A stretch of DNA of 63,931 nt, the filler included, from Choristocarpus tenellus KU-1152 (taxonomy: Eukaryota > Protista > Phaeophyceae), in the NCBI GenBank assembly GCA_964200185.2. It is 7 parts of 7 records of this genome, joined end to end, with 100 filler letters (N's around TTAATTAATTAA, not from the genome) between each part and the next. Parts side by side here need not be neighbours in the genome. Positions count along the whole stretch, not along the records: positions 37,630 to 53,080 come from CAXNAD020000998.1; 6 more parts are not named here. One strand, 5' to 3'. Position 1 is the stretch's first letter. Every line of letters begins with the position of its first letter. Shown here one piece after another: positions 37,859-51,263 of this stretch. The notes under the pieces are model-generated. The model was not told where the DNA came from. It did not search any database and was given only the letters and a program-made list of their open reading frames with translations. Position numbers and translations under genes: made by a program.

Positions 37859-40800
37859 CTTTGAAGTGTTGATCTCTGGGTCACCCTTGATGACACACTT
37901 CCACCACTCCATTTGGTTTTCCTAAAGAATTGGGAGGCGAAAAAAAACAAGACATTGTCAATGGTACAACTCAATGCATTAAATAGGTGCAACTGATAAA
38001 TTACCCTAACCCTAACTTCCAACACTTGCTTACCCACATAGTCAAAAGATCCTCTGAGGGGCGAACACACCCCTAGAGTAAGAGTTCACAGCTCTCTGCC
38101 CTAAAAGCTGTAAAGAGACATGAAAAGTAGAGCTACCATCCAAGGCCTCAACAAGCAGTCTTGCTTAAACCTAGCTCTAACTCTCAACCATGTATCAGCA
38201 ACACAACAAGCACAAATGAGTCCCATCATCTAAGACCTGCAGTCGAAATGTGCAACTGAATTAGGGTTAAGGTTAGGGTTGGGTTTATAACCCTAACCCT
38301 AATACAACAAAATAAATATAAATTTTAAAAAACGCACAGAGCAAGAAGAGGTTGTTGGACCAGCAGAAAGGTGCACCAGCAGATACATGTAACTGATATT
38401 AATTGAACATGTAACTGTGTAGTGAATGTGTCCATTTCATCAATGAGATAGATACTGGAGCTAGGTTCAATCAATACAGGTCAACAGCACACTCACAGCA
38501 GGCCGTATGTGCTTGAGTAAAAAATATGGTACATACTATGCCTGCAAATTGAAAGGAAGAGAGGAAACACAGTACAACCCTAACCCTATGAACAATTGCT
38601 TGGGAAGATTACCACCCTAACCCTAATCCGCGCTTGATATTGACCCATGTACATTAAAATAATTTTGAGGGCCAAGAGAATCGACATTGCTGGGTAAGCA
38701 CTCAATGGAAACATGAGCTGATCACCGCATGAAGTCATTGTACTTTATCTTCAAGTGGGGGAAGTCACTGATGGACAACAGCTGGCAACACCAGCATGAT
38801 ACAACATGCCGTGTAGCACCCTAACCCCAATGTACCATGGCAAGCATGCCCTAACCCTAACCCTATACACTTTAAAAAAAAATCTGTTCTCATAAAAATT
38901 TTTATCTGTTGTAATGAAAGGCATGTCCTCATTGAACTCCCCCCCTCCAGGAAGTATGGTATCAGTCCAAATGGTAAAAAATATAAATAATTACTATTTC
39001 ATAAGAACAGACAGGGGATATTGTCAAACCCTAACCCTATTATTAAAACCTTGACAATATGTCCTAACCCTAACCCTAACCCTAACAAAGAAAGATGTAG
39101 GGAAATTGCTACAAAACCTGATAATCCCTACTAAAGACGGAATATCTCTCACTTGATCAACACTGCTGCTCAAGTTGACCCTAACCCTAACACAGTGCTC
39201 GTAACCGCCTTACCAATGACGAGACATTTCACACCCGTGGAAAGTTCCTCACCAAATAGTTAAATATTTGAAAACATTTTCAAGTAAACAGCATGAACAG
39301 AGATCCTGGCATATTTGTGATAGTTACTTCAACACCAAAGCCTGAATAACGATCATCGTAGTCACTAACCCTAACCCTAGCCTCTTAAGCTGCCAAATCA
39401 TATAATAATAATAATCACTGTCAAAACTGAGTAAGCATGTATCTACACATAGGCTCTGACTAGAGTGAACATGTTGGCTACTCCACCGGATGGATGGATG
39501 GATGCAGAATTCCTCATAAATCAAAAGGCTAGTAGTTGACAAACCAAACTATATTCAGTATAAACTAACCCTAACCCTAAGTCAAACTATACACGCAAGT
39601 ACATTAAGTGTAACCCTAACCCTAACCCTAACCCTGGAAAATTAATGTAAAACACACAAAAAAACATTCAAAATGTTAAAACACATGAAAAAAGGCTAAG
39701 CGGGTCCATATCGGGTACAATCACCCCGAACACTACTGTTAATACAAAACATGAAATCCATGACCACAAAGTGTAATTTCCTCTAAGCATAAAGCTCTAC
39801 TATTGAAGGTTTTGTAGCTTACCATATATTACGATAAGTAACCCCTTCAGGGCATACTTTGGGCTGAACAACTAACCCTAACCCTAACCCTAACCCTTTA
39901 TAACGTAAACACTGCATGTGTACAACATGATATTAGTAAAATATTAGTACCAATGTTTCAAGTACAAAATAAAATAAATAAATAAATACTGTACTGAACT
40001 GCAAGACTGTGACAGGAGGGTGAAGTCTTCCAATCAAGGTTCAGAATATTCTGACATTGTGACACATCCATTTTACTGTTGTTACTATTATTATTATTGC
40101 TGTTGTATCTGTTTGGTATCTATCACAGGTTAGGGTTAGGGTTAATGATCAGTTCCTGGAAGTACATTGGCTAGGTTAGGAGTTCATATCACATCCATTC
40201 ATCCACCCGCTCACGTCACATCCAACATAGTAACGTTGGTAGATGTTAATGCCATCATCCTACCTCAAATCAAAACAGAATGGAATGAGTAGGTGTTAGG
40301 GTTAGAGAGAGGAGAGGGGAGATGTTAACCTCCCACCTGATTGGTCAAGGAGACTACATTTGAACAGTGCTGACTGGTTTGCTTTTACCATGCCTCATGT
40401 AATTCACCATAAATTATTTTCCAGAAAAAAACAAACGGGACAAATCCGTGGAATGCCATTGGTCAAAAATAAAGAACAAAAAAATTCCCTGCAACGCCGT
40501 TGGTCAGAATTATTTTCCCCCAACTTACTAGCCCTAACCCTTGGAGTAACTCAAATACCACACTCAGCACACTACGGCGAAGCAATTACTCTCACAAGTG
40601 TTGTATGCTGATTGTCATCAGATAGGGTATACCTTTTGAAGTGCAATGGAGATCTCCTTTCCCTCGTTTCCATCTTCAAGTGTCCAGAAGCTGTCATCCA
40701 CCTTCACCTTGTTGTACATATCGCCCTTGCCAGACAGCCCAACGACACACAGCGACCACAAACATTAACTAACTATTTATACATTAACTATATATACATT

Positions 40801-43800
40801 AACTACATACATTGACTATATATACATTAACTATTTATACATTAACTAACTATTCATACATTAAATACTTATACATTAACTATTTACATTGACTATATAT
40901 ACATTAACTACTTACATTGACTATTTATACATTAACTAACTATATACATTAACTATTTACATTGACTATATATACATTAACTACTTACATTGACTATTTA
41001 TACATTAACCATATATACATTAACTATTTACATTGACTATATACACTTCACATACAAAAAAATAATCTTCAAGAAATTTCAAGATCCCACAATACTGCCA
41101 AGGCTTTTAGTATTTTTTTTTTTTCAAGAGGCCAGGGCTACCTATCAACCCTAACCCTGCTTCACAGTGGGCTATCTATCCTACCACCCAACTAGTGCCC
41201 AATCTACTCTACTCCCTGAGTGACCATCTCAATCTCTTCATCTCTGCGAAGAAAGGGATCAACAAATTAAAAATAAGAAAATAAAAAAATAAGAAATTAA
41301 GGGGCTGAGATTTGAACTCAGACTCACAAGCTTTGATATAGTGCAGCTAACGAGATAGACACCAGTGTAACACCTTTGGCAGTGCAGGGGCCAATAGGTA
41401 CCTTTGGTGTTGCAATGTGGCATCTCATTGCCAGGATAAATGATACTAGTAACGACACAACAAGATAGGGTTAGGGTTATGCTGTATATTCAAAGTACTA
41501 GTGTTAGGGTTAGAGTTTGTTGATCAATAACATAAGACACCACCACCAGCAAGATGTCAGAATGCTCCATTCTCGATAGGGTTAGGGTTAGGATTGAGGT
41601 TCAGACCTATTCACATTTTAAAGCATTCATCACTAGGACTCAGACAGTGAAATGCTTGGGGTTGGATACGTTGTTGAATACTTTATACTTCACTTCCTGC
41701 AAAGGTCTCAGAAATTATACATTTTGAAAAACAACAGACTTCTGTATAAAAAAACAAAACAGTTGAGGGTTAGGGTTAGGGTTATCTTTCCTAAATCCTT
41801 CAGCACATACTTAACATACACACAAGCAATTCACACTGCTATCTATTTCACTGACCTGACAGCTATTCTCTGTAATAACTGGCCCATATTTTAAAAATAA
41901 GTTTACTTATTATGTGTATATAACATGTATCTGTGTATAACAAATATGTATGTGTGTGTAACATGTTGAGAAATTAGTCAGTAGGGTCTCAAACCACTTT
42001 TTACCTTAACCCTTAGTCAAAATCAGTCTCTCAGGATCAACACAGAAGGTAGTTATTCACAGCAAACACAATAACCCTAACCCTAAGTCCTTCACACATC
42101 GGCGATGAAAAAATTACCAGCATGCAACAAAGATTATCACTAAAGAATATCACCAAAGATAATCACTAAAGAATATCACTAAAGATTATCACTAAAGATA
42201 ATCAACAAAGACAATCACCAAAGATTATCAACAAATACTATCAACAAATATTAAAAAAATAATAATAATAACAAAAAAAGGGCATTATTAACTGCAAAAA
42301 CTCACATCGATAAGCATTTCCTTTCCCCGAACACCAACCCTCAGCTTTGATTTAGTGATATCACACACAATATCTCTAGACTTGATGCCCTCAGGGACAG
42401 GAACGGATATGCTGAGTTCCTGCAGCGTTTGTGTCCAGACGTAGTTGTCTGTCTGCCCACCGTTGCCCTCCGCTACCAAAATGAACGTAAAGAACAATAA
42501 AATGAAGAACAATAAAATTGAGAACAATAATTGTAAGAAGACGTGTGCGTGCGTGCACACGCGAGAACGAAATGTTATGTTTGATAGGTATGGACATTGT
42601 GCAATACAATACTTCAAAGGTTCTCGCTCTGTAGAGTGGTCCAATGGCGGGAATAAAGAAAAGAAATGAAAACACAGTTTTCTGTTCCGCAAAATTCTTT
42701 TTTTCTTTTTTTTCTTTTTCGAACTAGTCTGAAGGGGTCCGATCCCGTGATCGAAAATTAGCCAATGAGAAGTAGTGAAGGCTCAAACAGAGGAAGGGGA
42801 TAGAACAAAAACAAGTGTTGAAGAAAAATAAACAACCCTAACCCTAACCTTAATTAACACTACATTTGGTGATAATTCAATTTCTTGGAAAATGACAATG
42901 AGGAGTAGTAACAGACAATGCAGAGTAGATACTTAGGGTTACGGTTACATGTACCTGAAAGAAGAATGAAAATGGAATAAATATCATCAATAATAAAAAA
43001 ATGTAAGGGGAAGCCCCTTCGCTGGGACACATTGTACGAACAAATTGGGGTTAGGGCAAGACCACTACTTAGGCTTAGGGTTAGGAAGGTGTAAACAGTA
43101 AGTACCATACAAGACTCTTACTATAGAACAAAAAAAAGGAGTTTAAAACAGAGTGAATTAGAACATTGCTCCCAAGTTATCAAAGATCACCGTATTATCA
43201 AAGATCACCGTGTATGTTTCTTGCTGGCCAAGGCCAATGGGAACCAAAGATCAACCCTAGGGTGAAAAAAGCCTGGGTAGACAAATTACTTCCTCTGTGC
43301 AGTTGAAAAGCAGATAAAATCATCTAAAAACAGATCAGTCTTTGTTTGATGCACTATCTATTGTACCCCATTCAAACCTAAGGGTTAGAGCTATAACCAA
43401 AACCCTAACCCTAACCCTAACCCAAAGCAAAGAATGTAGCTACTCCATGCATGCTTCAAGTTCAAAGTATCCTCTTGGCCCATTCTAACCCTAACCCTAA
43501 CCCTAACCCTAAACCATACACAGATACACAAGCAAAGCACCATGTCTTTTGGAGACTAATGAACCAACAACCACATGCGGTCTCTTTACCTTGGCGTATT
43601 GGGCAACTAGATGCTGATACAATTACAACACAGACACTTTGTCAGAATAATATTCAATTACAGTTGGAGTATTCAGAAAATTATTCTGACAAAAATATTT
43701 CTGAACGATTCTGGAGTCTCTGAAGATACTACTACTACTATTAATGATAATAATAAGAACGATAATAATAATAACAAAAACATGATATTAGAGGTGTCCA

Positions 43801-46800
43801 TCAGATCACCATGTCAAAAACCAACTTCAAGCCAATAAGGGCTAGGTCATGTTATCTGGAAGGGTATCTATCACCTATCAAATGGTGGAGCACAAAGGAC
43901 AAGATTCACGAATACGAATCTATGTCATCTATAGATTCAAATCTTGTGGGTCATTATCTATCAGTCATTTTCGAAAAATTAATCTCACCTTGTTGAAGAA
44001 AACAATGCACAGTTTGTGTACACTAAGAACAGTACACAGTTTGTATATACTAATAACAGTACACAGGTTGTGTACACTAATAATACTACACCATTTATAT
44101 AGAAAAATGGGTATTGGCACAGGATGTTTATCTTTTGCTTGTAGATTTTTCTGGAGAAATTGGAGGGCAAGCACACGACAAACAACCTTCTTGTCCAAAC
44201 CCCTTAATCTCTAACCCTAACCCTAACCCTTCCGAACAGTTTTGAATGAGCTGAATAATATCCTTTCTGCAGCTAAGAAGTCAACACACCCTAACCCTAA
44301 TGGAATAACCCTTCTTCGTTGATTTCGATCAGATCTTTTGATCAGGTCATCACTGGAGAAAACAAACAACATATTACAGGAAATATCTGACTTCCCACAG
44401 GACATAATACAAGAAATATCTGACTTTCCAGAGGACATTACAAGAAATATCTGACTTCCTGCAGGAGATATCACAAGAAATATCTGACTTCCTACAGGAG
44501 ATACCACAAGAAATATCTGACTTCCTACAGGACAAGATAAAAAATGAACAAAAAACACTGAGAATTTTCCAAGGGTTACAGCTAATGACATTGCTGGAGC
44601 AGTTCATAAATGATAGTAATGTAATAAAATATATACTAGCATTCCTCTTGTTTAGCATAGCTTAGGGTTAGGGTCTGTCTCACGTGGGGGTGTCTTGTCA
44701 TCATCATCATCCTGTCCAACCTCCCCTGGTACTGACACTTCGCCCTTGCTTTCACTCTCCCCTCCCTCATTCCCCTTGCCCTCCTCCTGCACAGCCCCAG
44801 CACTGCCATCACACAACACCGGTGCTGCTACGGAGCCATCAGAATCCTTCATGGGGAACAATGGGAACATATATAGATACACATCAACACAATACAAGAG
44901 TGACCGTAACACCCTAACCCTAACCCTAACCTTAGAGACGTTACTAACAATAAAAAAAGTCTTGCCCATCTGGTGCACCAGGGTTAGGGTTGGCCTTCAA
45001 ACAAAAATGCAGGGACTTTTCCATGACTGCAAGATGGAGACAGGAGACACTACAATGTGTGCTATCTCAATTCCCATGTTTTACAAAGATGTCAAAGTTT
45101 TTCGAATAGATACGGTTCAGGTATGACAGCAAATAAATAAATAAATAAATACTAAATTAAAAAATTAAAAAAACAGTTCAGTATTAAAACAGTATATATA
45201 CCGCTGCTCCACAATGTAAAGTAAGTTTTCTTTCCACCCCTAAACAGAGGCTCAAAGTATCTGAGGGGGGGGGNNNNNNNNNGATCCCGCAGTGTTGGGG
45301 GGGGGGGGGGGGGGGGGTTGCCGTCCATTCAGGGCCCATTCTTCCACGTCGGAATTTGTGGGTGATTTTGGTTGCATGCATCAGATGGATAATGTAAGTG
45401 CACTTCTCCTGGTCAAGGCACGAAGAATGGACCCCCTGGTGTAGACCCCCCCCCCCAGATACTTTGATCCAGAGCTCTGTCTCTATTTGACATCTACTAC
45501 AACTTGGAACCAATGAAGTCTTCCCTGTTAATAAAGTGGAATCCATCGTGTGAAACAGATCGTGTGAAGGGATTCCAAATAGGTTTGCATACTCCCTCAA
45601 CCCCACCACCCCAATGAATTCAACACTAATGTATATACAATGGGGAAGGTTGAGATAACAGAGGGCATGGGGCTGGGAAAATAAAATGAAACCGCATTTC
45701 CCTAACAACCAAGATCAAAGCCAGCACCTTGTCACTTCCTGCAAATTAGCATCCATGAGATGTATTTTCTAGACAAAGGACTAATGCATGTGGTCACAGA
45801 TTGTAGATTGTTAGGTGTCCCAAACCTCTTGATCTACCAAAGGTAACGACAATCAGCATCCTTTAAAAAAAAAGTAAAATATCACTTAGGGTTAGGGTTA
45901 GTGCTTGTTTGTATGCAACAATGATACTAAACTTAGAAAATAATAGCACAAAGGTGCAGTGTGGCAAGTAGGAAGGACAATGTACTCATCATGTACTCTA
46001 CCATCCCCAGCATCCAACCTTTTTGAGCCTAAAATCCAATGTATGTTTTCAGTGTCGTGAAACAAACGAATTCATTAGCACACCAATGATAGACCGGAAA
46101 TGATTAGTTAGATTAACTTAGGGTTAGGGCTAACGCTAAACCTAACCCTAACCCTAATTCATTAGCATATCATTGATAGACCGGGGATAATTAGATTAAC
46201 TTAGGGTTAGCCCTAACCCTGATCCTAACCCTAATTCATTAGCATATCAATGATAGACTGGAAACAACTAGATGAATTCGATTGAACCAAAGCACTCACA
46301 GAGGCACTCAGGGTTAGGGTTAGGGTCACTCAGGGTAGCCACAAGAAAATTCCAGCTTAACCCCTGTGCTCATACCACCAACACCACCACCTGCATTGCA
46401 CCTCGAGGAAATTTCTCGGCACCTCGAGGAAATTTCTCGACCCAGGAACTTATCACACAACCTCCCACCAGGAGGGTTACCCACTACCCTCTTGGTCAAG
46501 GTAAGGGGTAAGCTCCTCTACACTTAGGGTTAGGGTTAGTTGCTTTTCTGTCCTCCTCTCACACACCTTGGGTTAGCATTAGGGTTAGGGGTAGTTAGTT
46601 CCTTTCCTGTGCTCCTCTTGCACTCACCTTGGTCAAATCGCTTGCCCCGAGATCAAAGGTACCGTCCTTCCCAATTTCCACCACTCCCTCCCCCCCCCCC
46701 CCCCCCTCAACCCCCACCTTTGGTGCAATTTCTACTCTCGACACCTCCTGGACCTTCCTTTTCTTTTCCTCTTGCTCTGCCTGCCCGGTGTTTTTTTTTT

Positions 46801-49800
46801 TTTACGGAGTTTAAAAAATAAACGGATTAAAAAAAATACAATGGTGAAAAAAAAGTCTCTACCCCGGAAGAAACGCCTTCCAAATATATAAATGACTGTA
46901 ATAAAAATAACAGAAATTGCAAAGGAGTAGAGGAGCTTCTGACTCAGCCGTTGCAGGGTGAGGAGAAACACTGGAAGGCTTTTCGCACATATTTTTCTTT
47001 TTAATGACATCATGACTCCCAGACTTTCAATATTAGGGTTTAGGTTAACCCTAACCCTTTCAACAATGTTCACACCAAACTGGTTTTGTTGGACATCCGC
47101 TGCCTTTGTTACACAGCAACAATTGACACAAAGTACCTGGGGGGGGGGATGTACACCAGAGTGTTCATTGGGTCAAAATCAGGAAAAGTGTATTTACATT
47201 ATACATCCGACCTATGCGACCAAATCACCCAAAAATCGTGAAATTGAAAATATTAACCCCAAATGGACACCCCCCCCCCGCCCCCCAGATACTTTGAGCT
47301 ATTGGCCACGCTTTCCATGCTCCAGCATACACATAATTATTTACTCAAGCCCTGGGGGGTAGGGTATTACTGTGCCTATTTTGACTTAATCAAACCATCT
47401 GTGCGCAACCCCCATGCCTAGACTCAGGGCCCCATTCCACATTGAATACATTGAAGGAGGCAGGAGATGTGCAACACAGTCACTACTATGGTTAGGGTTA
47501 CCCTAACTCTAACCCTAACTCTAACCCTAACTCTAACCCTAACCACAGTCACTACTAGGGGACGGAGGCAACTAGTACAGTCTGCATCTACATGCATGCC
47601 CTACACTACAAACATTATACTGCATCAAAACATGAAACTCATCAACTTGGTCCTTTCCATCCTGAAGCTAGCTTGCAAGTGCATGTTCACATACGTACGT
47701 ACTCCATTGCCAGTTCTGTGGGTGCTACCACCTCCTTATGTACATACATCCTCCATCTAAAGGTTATTATTACTCTACTCAAACCAATCTCATTCATGTA
47801 TGTCCTGTGCATAGCTCCATATATACCCTTCCCTATCACAGTGTCCTTCCAAAACGATGTCCAACCAGCTATATCATCACAACATTGAACACATTTTCCG
47901 ATTTTTGCAAGTAATTGGATGAATCTCCGATTTCATGGATCACTGCCCACATTGTGACAACTTTCCACACGTCACACAAGTCAAATCCGATTTTTGGTTT
48001 ACAAATCAAATCCGATTCTTGGTGTACAAATCAAATCCGATTTTTGGTGTGCAAATGAAAAGGGCAAACCCAGAATCAAGCCCACTGACATGGCACGCTA
48101 GAGATGTCATCTCTTACCCAGTACACTGCTACTGACCCTTCCAAAGCATGCACTTTGGAATTCGGGGTGATTTTATGTAAAGATGTTAGGGTTAGGGTTG
48201 GTCATGTTGTGTAAAGATGTCTGACTAATACTATCAATAGAATAACAGGGGAACCAAATCCCGCGCATATTTATACCAATAGTAACCTTAACCCTAACAT
48301 TAACTGGTGTTTGCCATAAATCACAACAAAAGTAAGATTTGTATGTCAACATAAGGCAGGGGCAACTCAGCAATAAACAGTTACATTCTCACAGCACATA
48401 GGGTTAGCCTTCAAAAGAGCTACTCATTTCATAATATACAACCCCCTTGCCCCAACTCAACACAAGAGAAGAAATCCCTTGACACACCCCTTACACTTGC
48501 CATGTTCTCACAAAACCCCTTGATAACACTGATAACACCCTGTGTTCCTCTTACCAAGCACAACATACCTTCTTCTTGGCCTGTGCTTCCCTCTTGGCAG
48601 CTCTCTTCTTCTCCTCCTCTGCCTTTGCCTTGGCCCTTAGCAGCTCTTCCTTTTCTGACTGCGCCTTCTGGCGGCGGACTACCTGTATAAGATAATCACA
48701 GGAACATATCAAGAGAGGTCATGCATCCAACGAATATTTTGTTTATAAAATTGCTGCTCTCCTCCCATCTTACCACGAAAAAATCTTGTTGCTTGTCCTA
48801 TGACGCAGAAGCAAGGTCTGCCGCCAAATAACTAATACTTATAATAACTAATAATAATAATAACTACTCCTACTAATAACTAATAATAACAATAACTAAT
48901 ACTTATAATAACTAAGAATAATAATAACTAATACTACTAATAACTACTAATAACAGTAACTAATACTAATAATAACTAATACTACTAATCATTAATACTA
49001 ATAGTAACTATTACTAATTGTAACTAATACTAATATTAACTATTACAAATATAACTAATACAAATAATAACTAATACTAACAATAACTAATACTGCAATA
49101 CAACATTTCTCAGAAATAACAATCCTCATTGCAATGGGGACACAGGAGGGATTTCAAGAGGTTGACCACACCATGTTCTTGAATCGACGTTGCAAATAAC
49201 ATATAACACAGGTGAAAATTGTTGCTTCACTCAAGTGAGCAGACTAGGATGATCTTGGTTTTTGAGAGGATAAGTCACTGGGCATACACAACTACTCCAT
49301 TTGTTACGTCACTGATAAGGATAACCATAACTTGGTTAGGGTTAGGGTTGTGGATGGTTGGAACAATACTTGGTTGGGGATAGGTGAAACATAACTTGGC
49401 TAGGGTTAGGGTTGAAACATAATTTGGTTGGGGATTGTTGAAAAATAACTTGGTTGGGAATAGGTGAAAGAAGTACTCTGGGACCGCAGGACATACACAA
49501 AGATGTAAACTCCCATTTGTCAAGAAAATATCACAAACCAATTTTGTGCTGCTTGGCACATGTGCTATCACTAATAACGGATGGTTGAGGCACAACTATG
49601 TTCACTTATTCAGTCATAACTCAGTTTGTGGGGGGTTCAACTTGTCCAGATATATCTAGTTGTTGAGAGTCGTTGACATCTCGGAAAAGAACGTCCTGCA
49701 AATGCTACTGCCAAACCCTAACAAGTTTCAACCCCTTCAATGGGCCAATTAAAAAGTCTGTAAATGAGGCAATTGACGCATGATATCCAATCAAGACCCA

Positions 49801-50805
49801 GCCAGTGTGGTTTTGATTAACCGGCTGGTGTGCTAGCCCTCATATTGACTGGGATATGAAGCAGTTACTGCGAGTTAAGGCTAGAGATATTGGTTGGTAA
49901 GAGCTGCTGTATTGCAGTTACGAAGGTATGAAGGAACATCAGATAGTGTATAGATCCAAAAGATCCAAGTGAGCAATTCTTGCAACTGCAACCAGGTAGC
50001 TTGCATTTTTTGCAAAGGAACACGTAGTGAGGAGATCAAGAAAATATGGAATGACTTCTGCCTTCTTTAGAACACATGCTAAGGTGTCTACAGAGAATAA
50101 CAGAGAATCCAGCTCTCCTTCACACTGCACTCTCGCGGTACAGGCTTTCTCGTTCGAGACACAATTCATCTATCATAGCCCCCACCCCCTGTACGCGCGC
50201 CTTGAAGATAAGCACATAGGGCACATATAGCAATTTTCATAGTTCCGAGATCGAGGGTGTTATGCTGCTTTCGAATACAAGGAGACAGTTCAGTAGTATG
50301 ACCTGGGACGACGGCTACTCCTTGTGTGACGATCGAGCACTTCACGAGGGAGTACCGTCAAAGGTTGCCTCAAGTAACTGAATAGGTCTTAAATCTTGCA
50401 AGACTTGAGAATCTACTTTCTTACATGGTAGTGATCTATCGGACAAAATAATTTAACTCGCATTACCTCTTCAGGGCATTTGCAAAAAATCAGTCAAATC
50501 GAGAGATATCGAAAACAGTATAAATCCCAAGGTCAAGCAGGTTTGAAACTGGGGAAAGGATAGATTTTCATGCCGTACACGCCAAGTGCAACTGATGCAA
50601 GTCGCGAGGACATCGCGTCTCTCAATACGTTCAAGGATACCTGAAGTACGGCGTCTTCCAGCTTCTCTTCGCTCACTCCAGTAAAGAAGTCAGTTTTACG
50701 CCGCAGGAAACCAAAAAAAGACTCTAGAAGGTTGTCTATGCCTTGGTTTTGCTGCGCCAGGTTGAGATACATCCCATCGAACCGGTCATCATCCGCTCTG
50801 GACAT
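37859..50805 (-). CDS. NUDC: Nuclear migration protein NudC (Hsp90 co-chaperone: NudC-N, coiled coil, CS domain); C-terminal exon(s) missing
   Basis: Exons 50805-50641 (MSRADDDRFDGMYLNLAQQNQGIDNLLESFFGFLRRKTDFF), 48682-48569 (K/E coiled coil), 46780-46628, 44846-44684, 42472-42306 (GNGGQTDNYVWTQTLQEL..LRVGVRGK), 40725-40633 (YNKVKVDDSFWTLED) and 37921-37859 (ENQMEWWKCVIKGDPEINTSK). All GT-AG and in phase, with hallmark NudC motifs. Confidence 0.95.
40764..41043. repeat. AT-rich minisatellite (about 14-16 bp, TACATTAACTAT core)
   Basis: Many imperfect tandem copies. Confidence 0.85.
42129..42250. repeat. 12-13 bp minisatellite (AAAGATTATCACT)
   Basis: About 9 imperfect tandem copies. Confidence 0.8.
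44374..44533. repeat. 31-33 bp minisatellite x5
   Basis: ACAAGAAATATCTGACTTCCTACAGGA core. Confidence 0.85.
45249..45470. mobile_element. MITE family 1 (poly-G/poly-C subterminal runs)
   Basis: TIRs GGCTCAAAGTATCT+G-run / C-run+AGATACTTTGATCC, flanked by AGA on both sides. Confidence 0.75.
47125..47300. mobile_element. MITE family 1 copy
   Basis: GACACAAAGTACCTGGGGGGGGG...CCCCCCAGATACTTTGAGCT, flanked by ATT. The body is homologous (inverted) to 45249-45470. Confidence 0.75.
48829..49095. repeat. TAA/TAC low-complexity satellite
   Basis: (AATAACTAATACT)-like repeats. Confidence 0.85.
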
Positions 50806-51263
50806 CGTCCTTGAGTAGTTGAGCTGCCTTACCGTACAGACAAAAGTGGCAGCTGTGCCTTGCAGCTTCTCGATCTAGGAAAAGAGATCGAAAGCAATTG
50901 AGGGAAAAAATCAGAGGATATGAAAGTGACACACCCCCTTTCGTCCACCCTACGACTAGGAAACACGCTTACCCTATTGCACCTGTGTGGTGTCGATCTT
51001 GGTGGTCCTAGAAAACGATGTTTTAGATCGATTCCGCGCGATAACTTTTGCGCGATAATGTTGCGCGCGGTTAGAAGGGTAGAAATCAATTTTGGGGTGA
51101 GGAAAAAGGGAGGTGTTCAGTCTGGGAGAATCAAGGTTTCAATTAAAGTTTAAGACTTCGAAGACATCCGTATCCTAGATCGCCTCTGGTGCACTGTTGG
51201 GTGTGTGTGTGTGTTTACTAGTTTCAGCTTAGTAGGAGGGGGTCGGAACAGGCAAGCAAAGCA
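50806..51263. promoter_or_regulatory. Putative bidirectional promoter NUDC/RANBP1
   Basis: 458 bp between divergent ATGs, with a CpG-rich cluster TTCCGCGCGATAACTTTTGCGCGATAATGTTGCGCGCGG at about 51032-51070. Confidence 0.6.

Larger units (their letters stand above)
37770..49395. repeat. Dispersed short interstitial telomeric repeats (TTAGGG/CCCTAA)n in NudC introns
   Basis: Roughly 45-50 clusters by eye, mostly 2-4 units, in both orientations, e.g. 39062-39085, 39611-39635, 43402-43422, 47491-47543. Confidence 0.9.

Noticed and set aside
44374-44533. CRISPR-like 32-bp repeats
   Set aside because: The intervening bases are only a few nt and similar to each other; an ordinary minisatellite.
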